DNA from: Terracidiphilus sp.
Lineage (GTDB): Bacteria > Acidobacteriota > Terriglobia > Terriglobales > Acidobacteriaceae
Assembly (NCBI GenBank): GCA_035317045.1
Contig: DATHHT010000017.1
Reading direction: 5' to 3' (one strand)
DNA length: 64,000 nt
Shown: positions 18,748 through 28,328 of the stretch, piece after piece
Position numbering within the stretch: position 1 is the first letter of the stretch
Layout of the letters: every line of letters starts with the position of its first letter
The notes under the pieces: model-generated
The model's input: only the letters and a program-made list of their open reading frames with translations
Database searches by the model: none
What the model was told of the DNA's origin: nothing
Made by a program: the position numbers and the translations under genes

Positions 18748-19563
18748 TTACCTGCCATGAGCCGTGAATCGAAGGCTAATTTCAACGCGAGCCGGTACGG
18801 GCTGGCCGTTGAGCATAGCGGGTTTGAAGCGCCATGTGCGCATGATTCCCGCGACTTGCTGTTCTCGGCCCGGTTGAGCGGTGTCGAGGATTCTGATGCT
18901 TTCGGGCATTCCATTGCGATCCACCAGGACGGAAACTTTGTAGTCGCCGAGATCGAGAAGCCCGCGGGCAAACGCCATCGCGTCTGCTGATGGAGGGAAC
19001 GTATGGGGCGCTTTGACATCGCCGCCGACTTTGTAGACAAGCGGATTCGGCTCTTCGGGATTTGGAGTGACCCCATTTCCAGAGACGAGCACCACCTGCT
19101 GAGGCGGATCAATCGGAGGCTTGAGTTCCTGTTCGGGCTCAGCGGCCAGGTGAAGCACCATGCGTTTCTGGCTGTGTGCATCTTTTTCGTCGCGCAGACA
19201 GGTACGCATGGATACATCGAGCGACCCGGCGACAGCAACGGGCTGGCCGTTTAGGGTGCCTGGTTTGAAGCGGTCTTCCGCGACGTGCCTGAGGGCCAGC
19301 ACATCGAGGTCATTGCCGAGGGGTTGGAGAAAGAAGATATTACGGGGCGTGCCGCCGGCATCGACGATGAGCGAGAAAGAGATCTTGCCCTGCTGATCGC
19401 CGGTGCAATGGTCGGAGACATACGGATCCGACATTTGATGAGGCAAAAGCTCCGGGGCGGTGACGCCGGGGCCGGAGGTGTAGATCTTGACTGGATCGCT
19501 TTGCGCGGTTTGCGCGGCGAGGAATGAGGGGGCGAGGAGGATGATGAGGAAGGCGGATTTCAT
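18748..19563 (-). CDS. Energy transducer TonB C-terminal-domain protein (two TonB_C domains)
   Basis: Signal peptide MKSAFLIILLAP; two RFKP(G/A).LNGQPV motifs; the ORF-track extension to 19710 is translated REP DNA. Confidence 0.8.
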   Translation of the reverse strand: MKSAFLIILLAPSFLAAQTAQSDPVKIYTSGPGVTAPELLPHQMSDPYVSDHCTGDQQGKISFSLIVDAGGTPRNIFFLQPLGNDLDVLALRHVAEDRFKPGTLNGQPVAVAGSLDVSMRTCLRDEKDAHSQKRMVLHLAAEPEQELKPPIDPPQQVVLVSGNGVTPNPEEPNPLVYKVGGDVKAPHTFPPSADAMAFARGLLDLGDYKVSVLVDRNGMPESIRILDTAQPGREQQVAGIMRTWRFKPAMLNGQPVPARVEISLRFTAHGR

Positions 19564-19626
19564 GCTGATTGGAGGAAGCAAGAGACACTTTATCACGCGG
19601 GATGGGCGTAGCGGGAAGCGCGAAAA

Positions 19627-19910
19627 GCAACTGCAGGTTCCTCCACTCCCTTCACTCCGTTGCGGTCGGTCGGAATGACAGCGGGCAGTTTTATTGGTGG
19701 TGGGAGTCACATCGAGAGAAGAGAAAGCAGATCATTCACTCAGCACCCCCAAACTGAACTACGTTTGGGGCTCCTTTGGCTCAGGATGATACCTTTAACT
19801 TTTACTCCCGAACTGAACTACATTTGGGGTCACGTTCCCTCAGGATGACGCCTTCAACTTTTATTGTGAACTTCGCGCATTTACGAACTTCGCGCATTTA
19901 TGAATTTCGT
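19627..19910 (+). repeat. REP cluster with nested tandem duplications
   Basis: GCAGGTTCCTCC...GGAATGACA (19627-19680); two CCC(A/G)AACTGAACTACRTTTGGGG...CAGGATGA units; gaacttcgcgcattt x2. Confidence 0.8.
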
Positions 19911-19920
19911 GGACTGGATA

Positions 19921-22167
19921 CTAGCTTAGCAATCCGAGTTCGCGGAGGAGGAAGGCGTAGTCGAAGGCGATCTCCTTCAAGTAGTCGTAGCGGCCGCTGG
20001 CGCCGCCGTGGCCGGCTTCCATGTTGGTGACTAAGAGAAGCGGATTGCCATCGGTTTTTAGTGCGCGGAGTTTGGCTACGTACTTTGCGGGTTCCCAGTA
20101 CATGACCTGGCTGTCGTTGAGCGAGGTCTTGACTAACATGGCTGGATAACTTGCTGATTTCAAGTTATCGTAGGGCGAGTAACTCAACATGTATTTGAAG
20201 TAAGCTTCCTGATTGGGATCGCCCCACTCTTCGTATTCGGGCACGGTGAGCGGGAGAGACGCGTCAAGCATGGTGTTCATGACGTCGACGAAGGGGACGT
20301 GGGAGAGGACGGCACGAAAGAGATCGGGGCGGAGGTTGGTGACGGCGCCCATGAGGAGTCCACCAGCGGAGCCACCCTCGATGGCGACGCGGGCGGGATC
20401 GCCGTAGCCGTTGGCGGTGAGGTGCACGGTCGCCGAGATGAAATCGGTGAAGGTGTTCAGTTTAACGAGCATTTTTCCGGCGTCGTGCCAGGGCTTGCCG
20501 AGGTCGCCTCCGCCGCGAATGTGGGCGTAAGCGATGACGATGCCGCGATCGAGGAGGCTGAGGCGGTTGGAATTAAAGCCGAGCGGGAGGGCGTAGCCGT
20601 AAGAGCCGTATCCGTAGACATAGAGCGGTGATCGATTCGCATCGTGGCTGGTTGAGTCTTGAGCTTTCCCACTCTCGACCCGAGAAGACTGTGTCGAGGA
20701 TGGGGCACCCAGGTTCTTTGCAAATCGGTCGCGGCGATAGACGAGGGATATAGGCACTTGGACGCCGTCGGGTGCGGTGGCGTGGATGCGCTCGCTGGCG
20801 TAAAGGGTGCGGTCGAATCCGCCGGGGACTTCCTGCTGCTTGAGGAGATCGGACTGGCGGGTCTCGAGGTCGTATTCGTAGACGGATCCCGGGGTGACAA
20901 GGGACTGGTAGCCGTAGCGGAAGAGTTTCGTCTCCCAGATGCGGTTGATACCGGATGAGGCGCTGTAGGCGGGCTCGGGGAAGGCGATTTCGCCGGCGGG
21001 ATTGGCATCGGGAGTTTCGTCCTGGAACTTCCAGAGGCGGAGGCGCGGCAGGCCATCTTCGCGTTCGCAGGCGACAAAGAAGTTGGCGAAGAGATCGATG
21101 TCTTCGAGCATGACGGTGTCGCGGTGAGGGATGCGCTCGACCCAGTTTTCACGCGTGGGCGCATTGAGGGGTGCGGTGACGAGGCGGAAGTTGCGGCCGC
21201 GATCGTTGGTGCGGATGAACCATTGGCCGTTGCGGTGGTCGACGGAGTATTCGTGCTCGTCTTCGCGGGGACTGATGAGGATGAACTCGCCGCTGGGCTG
21301 GTCGGCGGGGAGAACGCGGCACTCGGTGGTGGTATGGCTGCCGGATTCGAGGATGATGAACTTGCCGTCGCGCGTGCGGCCTGCGCCAATGTTGAAGCGC
21401 TCGTCGTCATCCTGGTAGACGAGGACGTCGGAGGCGTGAGGCGCGTGGAGGGTGTGGCGGAAGAGTTGGAACTGACGCTTCTGTTCTTCGTCTTCGACGG
21501 AGTAGAGGAGCGTGATGTTGTCGGACGCCCAGGTTACGGAGCCTACACGCTCGACTTTGCCTGGAAGGGTTTCGCCGGTCTTGAGGTCCTTGATGTGGAG
21601 CGTGTATTGGCGGAAGCCGGTGAAGTCCACGGTGTAGGCGAGCCAGCGGCCATCGTCGGAGATGTCGGTGGCGCCGATAGAGAAGAAGGCCTGGCCTTCG
21701 GCGAGCTGGTTGCCGTCGAGGATGATGTTTTCGGGAGCGTCTGGTCCGGGTTGAGTGTTGCGGTCTCCCACCCTTGACAGCGATGAAGCTGCTGTCAAGG
21801 ATGGGGCGCCCGGGCTTGATGGGGCATCCGGGTTTGTGTCAGATGCGCGCTTGCGGCAGAAGATGGAGTATTGCTTTCCCTCTTCGGTGCGGATGTAGTA
21901 CCACCAGTCGCCTTCGCGGTAGGGGGCGGACTCGTCGGTCTGCTTGATGTGGCTGAGCATCTCGTTGTAGAGCTGATCGCGCAGGGGAGCGAGGTCGGCG
22001 GTGTCGGCTTCGGCGTAGGCGTTTTCAGCGTTTAGGTAGGCAGTGACTTCAGGATTTTCCTTGTCGCGGAGCCAGGCGTAGTCGTCGGAGAGGGTGATGC
22101 CGTGGAGGACGGTTTCGTGGTGGTCCTTGCGAGCGATGGGCGGTGTGAAGGATGTTTGGTCGGTCAT
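19921..22167 (-). CDS. ptrB: Oligopeptidase B (S9A)
   Basis: DDYAWLRD, GYGSYG, HIRGGG; catalytic GGSAGG, NDSQV and GHGGA; start MTDQTS at 22167; carries two REP-derived inserts. Confidence 0.93.
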   Translation of the reverse strand: MTDQTSFTPPIARKDHHETVLHGITLSDDYAWLRDKENPEVTAYLNAENAYAEADTADLAPLRDQLYNEMLSHIKQTDESAPYREGDWWYYIRTEEGKQYSIFCRKRASDTNPDAPSSPGAPSLTAASSLSRVGDRNTQPGPDAPENIILDGNQLAEGQAFFSIGATDISDDGRWLAYTVDFTGFRQYTLHIKDLKTGETLPGKVERVGSVTWASDNITLLYSVEDEEQKRQFQLFRHTLHAPHASDVLVYQDDDERFNIGAGRTRDGKFIILESGSHTTTECRVLPADQPSGEFILISPREDEHEYSVDHRNGQWFIRTNDRGRNFRLVTAPLNAPTRENWVERIPHRDTVMLEDIDLFANFFVACEREDGLPRLRLWKFQDETPDANPAGEIAFPEPAYSASSGINRIWETKLFRYGYQSLVTPGSVYEYDLETRQSDLLKQQEVPGGFDRTLYASERIHATAPDGVQVPISLVYRRDRFAKNLGAPSSTQSSRVESGKAQDSTSHDANRSPLYVYGYGSYGYALPLGFNSNRLSLLDRGIVIAYAHIRGGGDLGKPWHDAGKMLVKLNTFTDFISATVHLTANGYGDPARVAIEGGSAGGLLMGAVTNLRPDLFRAVLSHVPFVDVMNTMLDASLPLTVPEYEEWGDPNQEAYFKYMLSYSPYDNLKSASYPAMLVKTSLNDSQVMYWEPAKYVAKLRALKTDGNPLLLVTNMEAGHGGASGRYDYLKEIAFDYAFLLRELGLLS
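20663..20710 (+). repeat. GGGGCACCC-family REP inside ptrB (in frame)
   Basis: gctttCCCACTCTCGAC...GTCGAGGATGGGGCACCC. Confidence 0.8.
21767..21811 (+). repeat. GGGGCACCC-family REP inside ptrB (in frame)
   Basis: CCCACCCTTGACAGC...GCTGTCAAGGATGGGGCGCCC. Confidence 0.8.
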
Positions 22168-22288
22168 GGCAACTTCAAGTGTAGAAGAGCAGGGATCAGG
22201 GATTAGGGGACTAGGGAACGTGAGCGAGGTGCGCTGGCGGTCTGAATGCGTGGTGGTATAACGGGCACACGGACGAATGAGGTGGGCT

Positions 22289-23008
22289 ATGAGAGAAAAC
22301 TTTGAAGGCAAGGTGGTGCTGGTGGCGGGCGGAACGGGCGGACTGGGACGAGCGGTGAGTCTCGCGTTTCTGGCTGAGGGTGCGGCGGTGGTAGTGACGT
22401 ATCGAAGCGAGGAGGAATTTGCGGCATTGAAGAAGTCGGCGGGAGCTGCGACAGCATTGCTGGAAGGGTTTCGCGTTGACGTGACCGATGAGAGCGCTGT
22501 CGGCAAACTTGTCGATGGGATACTTGGGTCGCACGGGCATCTGGATGCGATGGTGAATACGGTGGGCGGTTATGCCGGGGGCATCAAGCTTTGGGAACTC
22601 GAGACGAAGACCTTTGACCAGATGCTGGCTCTGAATCTGCGAACGGGCTACGCGCTGTCGCGCGCGGCGATTGTGCCGATGCTGAAGCAGAAGCATGGAT
22701 CGATCGTGAATGTTGCGGCGAAGGCGGCGGTGGATCATGGCGCGGGCGCTGCGGCCTATGCGGCATCGAAGGCGGCGGCGGTGGCGATGATGGATTCCCT
22801 GGCAGCGGATGTGAAGGGGAGCGGCGTGCGGGTGAATTCGATTCTGCCGAGCATTATCGATACGGAAGCGAATCGGAAGGCGATGCCGGGCGCTGACTTT
22901 GCGCAATGGCCGAAGCCGGAGGATATCGCGAAGGTGATTCTGTTTTTGTGCAGCGAGGATGCCAAGGTGGTGCATGGGGCGGCGATTCCGGTTTATGGGG
23001 ATAGCTAG
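22289..23008 (+). CDS. SDR-family oxidoreductase
   Basis: GGTGGLG, NTVGG, YAASK, VNSILPSIIDT; GAGGTGG SD. Confidence 0.92.
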   Translation: MRENFEGKVVLVAGGTGGLGRAVSLAFLAEGAAVVVTYRSEEEFAALKKSAGAATALLEGFRVDVTDESAVGKLVDGILGSHGHLDAMVNTVGGYAGGIKLWELETKTFDQMLALNLRTGYALSRAAIVPMLKQKHGSIVNVAAKAAVDHGAGAAAYAASKAAAVAMMDSLAADVKGSGVRVNSILPSIIDTEANRKAMPGADFAQWPKPEDIAKVILFLCSEDAKVVHGAAIPVYGDS

Positions 23009-23105
23009 TCGTGGTCAGTCTTGTTTGCCGACGCGAGAACAAAAAGTAAAAGCAGTGGTTGGATGGCGCTCCCGCGTCGCAGATGAAGACGCGCTGGATT
23101 CGGAC

Positions 23106-23352
23106 GTCCCTCCGGGATTGGGTTCATGTCGTCTGCTATCCCCAGGGTTCCGCTGCGCTCCACCCTGGGCTATTTTCCTGCGTTCCCTCCCGGAACTTCG
23201 TGGAGGCCGTTTGCTCAGAGTGACAGGGCAGAGGTGAAAGGCCCCGTGCGCCCGCTGTTCTGATTCGGACCGGCCCTACGGGGCGGGAGGCGATGGCTCG
23301 GATTTGTCCCAGGGTTTCACCCTGGGCTATTATCGGACGTCCCTGCGGGACC
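23106..23352 (+). repeat. CCCAGGG/CCCTGGG-type REP doublet
   Basis: Two CCCAGGGTT...CACCCTGGGCTATT hairpins; CGGCCCTACGGGGCGG (23271-23286) shared with 42417-42432. Confidence 0.75.
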
Positions 23353-23396
23353 GGTGCGGGAACTTTGGGGTGGGGTGGAACGTACAATTGAGTGCG

Positions 23397-24224
23397 ATGG
23401 AAGGCTTTCACCGCACGAGTTCGACGATGTTCCGGCTGATGCTGGCGGCTCTTTTCCTTCTTCTTCCTTTGCAGATTGCGATAGCCGAGCAAGCCAGCAG
23501 TCTGCCCAAGCCCAATGACTACGTAAATGATTATGCGCATGTGCTGTCGCCGGATGCCGTGGCGAAGCTGGACCGTATTTGCGCGGAGCTGGACCACTCG
23601 CAGGCGAACGCGCAGGTGGCAGTGGTGACGGTGCGTAATCTGGATGGCGATGACGCGGCCGATTGGGCGAATGAGCTCGAAAACAAGTGGCACATGGGCA
23701 AGAAGGGGTCGGATCGCGGCGTGCTGGTGCTGCTGGCGGTGGACGATCACAAGTACCGAATCGATGTGGGATACGGGCTTGAGGGGATTCTGAACGACGC
23801 CAAGGTGGGGGACTTTGGGCGGGCGATGGTGCCGTCGCTGCGAGCGAAGGATTATGATGCCGCGATTCTGGGCGCGGTAGGGCAGGTGGCACAGGTGATC
23901 GCGACGGATGCGCATGTGACGCTGAGCGATCAGTTGCCGGTTCCGCCGCCGGTACCGCAGCGGCATCGCTCGGGCGGACTGGCGAATTTGATTCCATTCA
24001 TCTTTCTGATTCTGATTTTCAGCGGGTTTGGCGGACTGCGGTTGCTGTTTGCGATGGGATTGCTGAACAGCGCGCTGGGCGGACGCCGGTACTATGGCGG
24101 AGGCGGGCCGTTTATGGGTGGCGGGGGATTTGGAGGCGGCGGGGGCGATTCGGGTGGAGGCGGTGGGTTTGGCGGTTTTGGTGGGGGAGGTTTTGGAGGC
24201 GGGGGAGCGGGGGGAAGCTGGTAG
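23397..24224 (+). CDS. TPM-domain protein with Gly-rich tail
   Basis: YVNDYAHVLS, QVAVVTV, RIDVGYGLEG, GGGGFGGGGAGGSW; start 23397 or 23427. Confidence 0.9.
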   Translation: MEGFHRTSSTMFRLMLAALFLLLPLQIAIAEQASSLPKPNDYVNDYAHVLSPDAVAKLDRICAELDHSQANAQVAVVTVRNLDGDDAADWANELENKWHMGKKGSDRGVLVLLAVDDHKYRIDVGYGLEGILNDAKVGDFGRAMVPSLRAKDYDAAILGAVGQVAQVIATDAHVTLSDQLPVPPPVPQRHRSGGLANLIPFIFLILIFSGFGGLRLLFAMGLLNSALGGRRYYGGGGPFMGGGGFGGGGGDSGGGGGFGGFGGGGFGGGGAGGSW

Positions 24225-24228
24225 GAGC

Positions 24229-24277
24229 GGGGAACGACGGGAACGAGAGAACAAGGGACCAGGGACTAGGGACGTAA
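24229..24277 (+). repeat. Heptamer-like array (GGGAAC/GGGAC[CT]A)
   Basis: gggaacgacgggaacgagagaacaagggaccagggactagggacgt right after the stop codon. Confidence 0.6.
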
Positions 24278-24314
24278 GGAAAAGAAATTTGAGGTCGGAG
24301 GAGAAGGGAACGGT

Positions 24315-24893
24315 ATGAGCAAGGGAATGCTGGTTGTGCTGGGTGTGGTGGGTGTGATCATTGTGGCGCTGCTGCTGGTGGGTGGGAGCTATGTAAGCGC
24401 CAAGAACCAGATGGTGGCGAAGGACCAGGCGGTGAAGCAGTCCTGGTCTGAGGTGGATGTACAGCTGGAGCGGAGAGCGGATTTGATTCCGAACCTGGTG
24501 GAGACGGTGAAGGGGTTCACGAAGGAAGAGAACTCTGTGTATGCCGATATCGCGAATGCGCGGGCGGGGATGTTGAACGCGCAGACTCCGCAGTCGAAGA
24601 TTGCGGCGAACGGGCAGTTGGATGGGGCGCTGGGACGCTTGCTGCTGTTGACGGAGAACTATCCGCAACTGCGGTCGAGCGAGCAGTTCATGCGGCTGCA
24701 GGATGAGCTGGCGGGGACTGAGAACCGGATCGGCGTGGCGCGCCGGAGCTATAACCAGGCGATCCAGGACTACAACACGTTTATCGGACAGTTTCCGAAC
24801 AGCATCTGGGCCGGGATGGCGGGATTCCACACGAATGATGCGTACTTCAAGGCAAGCCCGGCGGCGCAGCAGGTGCCTAGCGTGAAGTTCTAG
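24315..24893 (+). CDS. lemA: LemA family protein
   Basis: N-terminal TM; WSEVDVQLERRADLIPNLVETVKG, ENYPQLRS, ELAGTENRI. Confidence 0.95.
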   Translation: MSKGMLVVLGVVGVIIVALLLVGGSYVSAKNQMVAKDQAVKQSWSEVDVQLERRADLIPNLVETVKGFTKEENSVYADIANARAGMLNAQTPQSKIAANGQLDGALGRLLLLTENYPQLRSSEQFMRLQDELAGTENRIGVARRSYNQAIQDYNTFIGQFPNSIWAGMAGFHTNDAYFKASPAAQQVPSVKF

Positions 24894-24896
24894 AAA

Positions 24897-25025
24897 CAGT
24901 TTTCAGTTATCAGTTTTCAGTTAGCCGATCCCAGGTCTCAAAAGCGAGACCTGGGGCACCCAGGTTGGTGTTTCCGCTTGGTGCATTCAGCTTTCCCACC
25001 CTTGCTTCGCAAGGATGGGGCACCC
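24897..25025 (+). repeat. CAGTTWT heptamer array plus two GGGGCACCC REPs
   Basis: CAGTTTT CAGTTAT CAGTTTT CAGTTAG; cccaggtctcaaaagcgagacctggggcaccc; cccacccttgcttcgcaaggatggggcaccc; between convergent genes. Confidence 0.85.
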
Positions 25026-25057
25026 GATTCTGTTGCTTATGTGAATCACCAAGATCT

Positions 25058-25711
25058 TCAACTTCCGCGGACGGCAGCTTTTGCCTTGATACCGGACCAG
25101 GCCATGCGGTGGAAGATTGCGTCCACTTCTTTGGGATCGGTCTTCATGCCGCGATCGATCCACCAGTCGATGAGTGCGAAGAGGCTGCCTGCAAGGGCGT
25201 GCGCCTGGGCGGCTAACTGTGTGGGCTCAGCATGGATGCCGGCAAGACGGAGACGCTCATCGATGGAGCGGGCGAAGAATCCGCGACCGAGTGCGAGCAC
25301 GTCATTCACTTTGCCCGAAGCAACGACGGCGGCGTAGAAGTCGCGTACCTCGGAGAGGTGGGTCAGGAATTCAGCCACAGGAGCGAGTCGGCGGGGATCA
25401 GCCCCGTTGCGTGTAAGCGCTGTGGAGAAGAGCTGGAAGAAGTCTTCGACATCGCTGAGGAACAAGTCGTGTTTGTCGCGATAGTGGGTGTAGAAGGTGG
25501 AGCGTCCGACTCCGGCGCGATCGAGAATTTCCTGCACCGTGATGTTCTCGAAGGGTTTCTCGTGCATGAGTTCGACGAGGGCGTCGCCGAGGGTGTCGCG
25601 GGTGCGAAGAATGCGGCGATCGGTTTTTGTTGTCTCGGGTCGTGCTGATTCAGGTTTCTCCGCTTGCGGCTTTGCGGGCTCGGGTTTGAGTGCGGCGAGG
25701 TTGTCGGACAT
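25058..25711 (-). CDS. TetR/AcrR-family regulator
   Basis: DRRILRTRDTL...ITVQEILDRAGVGRSTFYTHY. Confidence 0.92.
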   Translation of the reverse strand: MSDNLAALKPEPAKPQAEKPESARPETTKTDRRILRTRDTLGDALVELMHEKPFENITVQEILDRAGVGRSTFYTHYRDKHDLFLSDVEDFFQLFSTALTRNGADPRRLAPVAEFLTHLSEVRDFYAAVVASGKVNDVLALGRGFFARSIDERLRLAGIHAEPTQLAAQAHALAGSLFALIDWWIDRGMKTDPKEVDAIFHRMAWSGIKAKAAVRGS

Positions 25712-25793
25712 TTCGCGGTCCTTTGTTCAGTATCGCGTCGCTGCTTGAAGATTGGGCACCACGCGCGCTGGGATTCCCTCTACAGTACCTCAC

Positions 25794-26501
25794 ATGACAG
25801 ACGATCGTAAGGCAGGTTTGGCGTTCATTGCCGGTTCCATTGGCGGCATGGTAACGATGGCGATTCACCCAACGAGTGCTGGAGTGCTGACGCCGGCGCA
25901 GTTCGAGCGGCTCGCGGTGGTATCGGGGATTGCACACTCCTTGGCGATGGTGAGCTTTCTGGTGATGTTTTTGGGAGCGATCGGTCTGACGAGGCGGCTC
26001 GCGGCGCGAGAGGGCGAGCGGCAGGATCGGCTGGCGATTTCCGGGTTGGTTGGCTATGGATTCGGCGCTGTTGCTTTGCTGCTGGCTACGGCAGTAAGCG
26101 GCTTCATTGTTCCGGACATCATGAGGCACATGATTCGCGACGGCGCAGCGAATGTTTCGCAGTGGCGGATGATCATTGATGCGGTCTTCCAGTTCAACCA
26201 GGCGTTCGCGCGGATCTACTCGGTGGCAGCGTCGGTGGCGGTGATGCTCTGGTCGGTATCGGCGCTGCGGAATGGCGGGTTGGGAAAGGTGATTGCTGTT
26301 TATGGATGCTTGATTGCGCCGGTGTTGATTGTGCTGATCGGTGTGGGGCATCTGCGGCTGGATGTGCATGGGATGGCGGCGGTGGTGCTGGCACATGCGA
26401 TCTGGTTTGTGGGGGTGGGGGTGGAGATGTGGAAGGCAGTCTCTCATGTAGACATCGCTTCCCAGATCTCAGAAGCGAGACCTGGGGCTCCCAGGCAGTG
26501 A
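25794..26501 (+). CDS. Multi-pass membrane protein (about 6 TM); last codons supplied by a REP
   Basis: Hydrophobic segments throughout; divergent from tetR; C-terminal SQISEARPGAPRQ is translated REP (26461-26492). Confidence 0.8.
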   Translation: MTDDRKAGLAFIAGSIGGMVTMAIHPTSAGVLTPAQFERLAVVSGIAHSLAMVSFLVMFLGAIGLTRRLAAREGERQDRLAISGLVGYGFGAVALLLATAVSGFIVPDIMRHMIRDGAANVSQWRMIIDAVFQFNQAFARIYSVAASVAVMLWSVSALRNGGLGKVIAVYGCLIAPVLIVLIGVGHLRLDVHGMAAVVLAHAIWFVGVGVEMWKAVSHVDIASQISEARPGAPRQ

Positions 26502-26710
26502 CATTGGTCAGTGAGCAGTGCTCAGTTGTGTCAGTCGCTTGCTAGGGGCTGTCAGTTTCTTCAGTTGTGGCCGGAGTGGCGATGCTGCTCTGGCCTGATG
26601 TTTTGGGCGGGGAGAATTTGAGTACCTTCGATTTAGTTGGAGTGCGATAAATCACAGTAGATCGGGCTGACTTCTGGCAGATTGGAGGCAGGGGAAGGCT
26701 GGGTGTTGCT

Positions 26711-26933
26711 GTGTTCCGGTTAGATTATTTCTTGTTTGCTAACGGTGTTTTCGACGGTTCTGGTGGGGCGCAAGCGGTGGACTGGGCTCGTTGTAGCGAG
26801 CGTGAACAGCGTGATCGTTTGCGTCATCGGCATGCGCACGGGGCAGCTTGGGTTTATTCCGGCGAATCTGTTTTGCATCGGCGTGTATGCGGTGAGCATC
26901 CGGTCGTGGGTGAGGCCGGAAGGCAGTGCTTAG
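26711..26933 (+). CDS. Small membrane protein, possibly frameshifted near 26735
   Basis: Hydrophobic frame 26736-26933 (LTVFSTVLVGRKRWTGLVV...GFIPANLFCIGVY); upstream MFRLDYFL lies in another frame. Confidence 0.5.
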
Positions 26934-26971
26934 TTTGCGTTGGTTGCGTCACAGATAGAGACAAAGACAAA

Positions 26972-27187
26972 GCAGATTCTTCGCGCCGCTTACCCCATGA
27001 GCGCTGGCGCGTTCTCAAGGCCCCAAGCGTGCGGCACTCAGGTTGACACGAATGGAGTGAGCATTGTGCTTTTCCACCCTTGCTTCGCAAGGATGGGGCT
27101 GCACCCAGAGAATTTGGACTTCATGGTTCTGATTTCGTAGTTTTGCCACTCATGGCGCGATGAGTCTACGCCATGAATGGGGCACCC
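26972..27187 (+). repeat. REP cluster (one GCAGAT...TGACAC element plus two GGGGCACCC hairpins)
   Basis: Copies at 26972-27049, 27066-27106 and 27146-27187. Confidence 0.8.
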
Positions 27188-27239
27188 AGATTTTGGAAAT
27201 CTCGACCGACCGAAATGCAAAGGGGTCTAGAAAGCAAGA

Positions 27240-27262
27240 GGGCCATCCGCGGAGGATGGCCC
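27240..27262 (-). terminator. Intrinsic terminator of the anti-sigma/STAS operon
   Basis: 9-bp stem GGGCCATCC/GGATGGCCC followed on the minus strand by TCTTGCTTTCT. Confidence 0.65.
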
Positions 27263-27369
27263 TGGAGTGTCTGAAGAAAAACGGGCAGGGGGCTGCTCTG
27301 CCTTACTTTGATGGCGCGATACAAAATGAGATCGCGAACTTCGACTCACGGAACGAGCATACGGACCGG

Positions 27370-27714
27370 CTATTTGTAGGAGGCGATGGCGCTGGCTTCG
27401 TCGTCGTAGATGTCGAACACGGTGTAAAGCTTGGTGAGCTGCAGGACATCCTTGACCTTGCGGGTCAGGTTGAGCAGTTTGAGAGCGGCACCCTGGTTCT
27501 TGGCTGTGGTGTAGGCGCCAACGAGTTCGCCCAGTCCCGAGCTATCGATATAGTTCACATCGCCCAGATTCAGCAGGATATTTTTGGATCCCTTGCTGAT
27601 CAGGTCGCGAATCGCTTCGCGCAGCTGCACACTGCCCTCGCCCAGAGTGATCCGCCCGCTGAGGTCCAGGACGGTGACGCCGTCCAATTCACGGGAAGCA
27701 ATAGTAAGTGCCAC
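27370..27714 (-). CDS. STAS-domain anti-sigma factor antagonist (RsbV/SpoIIAA-like)
   Basis: LDLSGRITLG, VNYIDSSGLGELV; AAGGAGG SD before GTG 27714. Confidence 0.93.
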   Translation of the reverse strand: MALTIASRELDGVTVLDLSGRITLGEGSVQLREAIRDLISKGSKNILLNLGDVNYIDSSGLGELVGAYTTAKNQGAALKLLNLTRKVKDVLQLTKLYTVFDIYDDEASAIASYK

Positions 27715-27843
27715 GGAAATTCCTCCTTTGTGAGTCATACAAGTTATAGCATCTGACACCCCGCAAACGAACATCAGTTTGCGGGGCGCCTCTGGGCCAT
27801 AGCGCAACTGCGCAATCCACAGAAGTGATGAGACAGAGATGCG

Positions 27844-28317
27844 TCAGGTTATTTTCTGCGCCGGGACGAGATGCTTGACCAGAGTCAGTTCTGTTCCGGG
27901 TTCGAGTTGACGGAAGTGGACCTCATCCATGAAGGAGCGGATGAGGAAGATGCCGCGGCCAGTGCCGCGCAGGAGATTTTCAGGAGCGAGCGGATCGGGG
28001 AGGTGTTCCCAGTCCACTCCCTTGCCTTGGTCGGCGACGGTGAAGACGAGCGATTTTCCGTTGTTTTCGAAGCTGGCGGTGACTTGTTTGGCGGGGTCGT
28101 AGTCGTTGCCGTGAAGGACGGCATTGACGGCGGCCTCGCGCACGGCCATGGTGATGCGGAAACGTTCTTCTTCGTCAATGCCAGCGTCTTCGGCCAGCTT
28201 GTCCGCGGCGGCTTCAATTTCGCCGACGCTCTCCATCGTAGAGGGTAGCGAGAAGCTCCGCTTACCTGGTCTGGGCTCGATCAAAGGCTTCGTCTCCGCC
28301 TGTACCGGGAATGGCAA
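27844..28317 (-). CDS. Anti-sigma factor Ser/Thr kinase (RsbW/SpoIIAB-like)
   Basis: EAAVNAVLHGN, VADQGKG, GRGIFLI; start uncertain. Confidence 0.9.
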   Translation of the reverse strand: MPFPVQAETKPLIEPRPGKRSFSLPSTMESVGEIEAAADKLAEDAGIDEEERFRITMAVREAAVNAVLHGNDYDPAKQVTASFENNGKSLVFTVADQGKGVDWEHLPDPLAPENLLRGTGRGIFLIRSFMDEVHFRQLEPGTELTLVKHLVPAQKIT

Positions 28318-28328
28318 AGCCCGGCTCT

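Noticed and set aside
19564-19710. N-terminal extension of the TonB-C protein (CHSDRPQRSEGS...)
   Set aside because: It is a translation of REP DNA placed before a clear signal peptide at 19563.
22168-22506. Long N-terminal extension of ptrB in the ORF track
   Set aside because: It overlaps the divergent SDR gene and a heptamer array; family similarity begins at MTDQTS.
23136-24830. 564-aa minus-strand ORF, plus similar long antisense ORFs (e.g. 8801-9862, 30923-31840, 54430-55284)
   Set aside because: These are shadow frames of well-supported opposite-strand genes in high-GC DNA, with Arg/His/Pro-rich non-family sequence.
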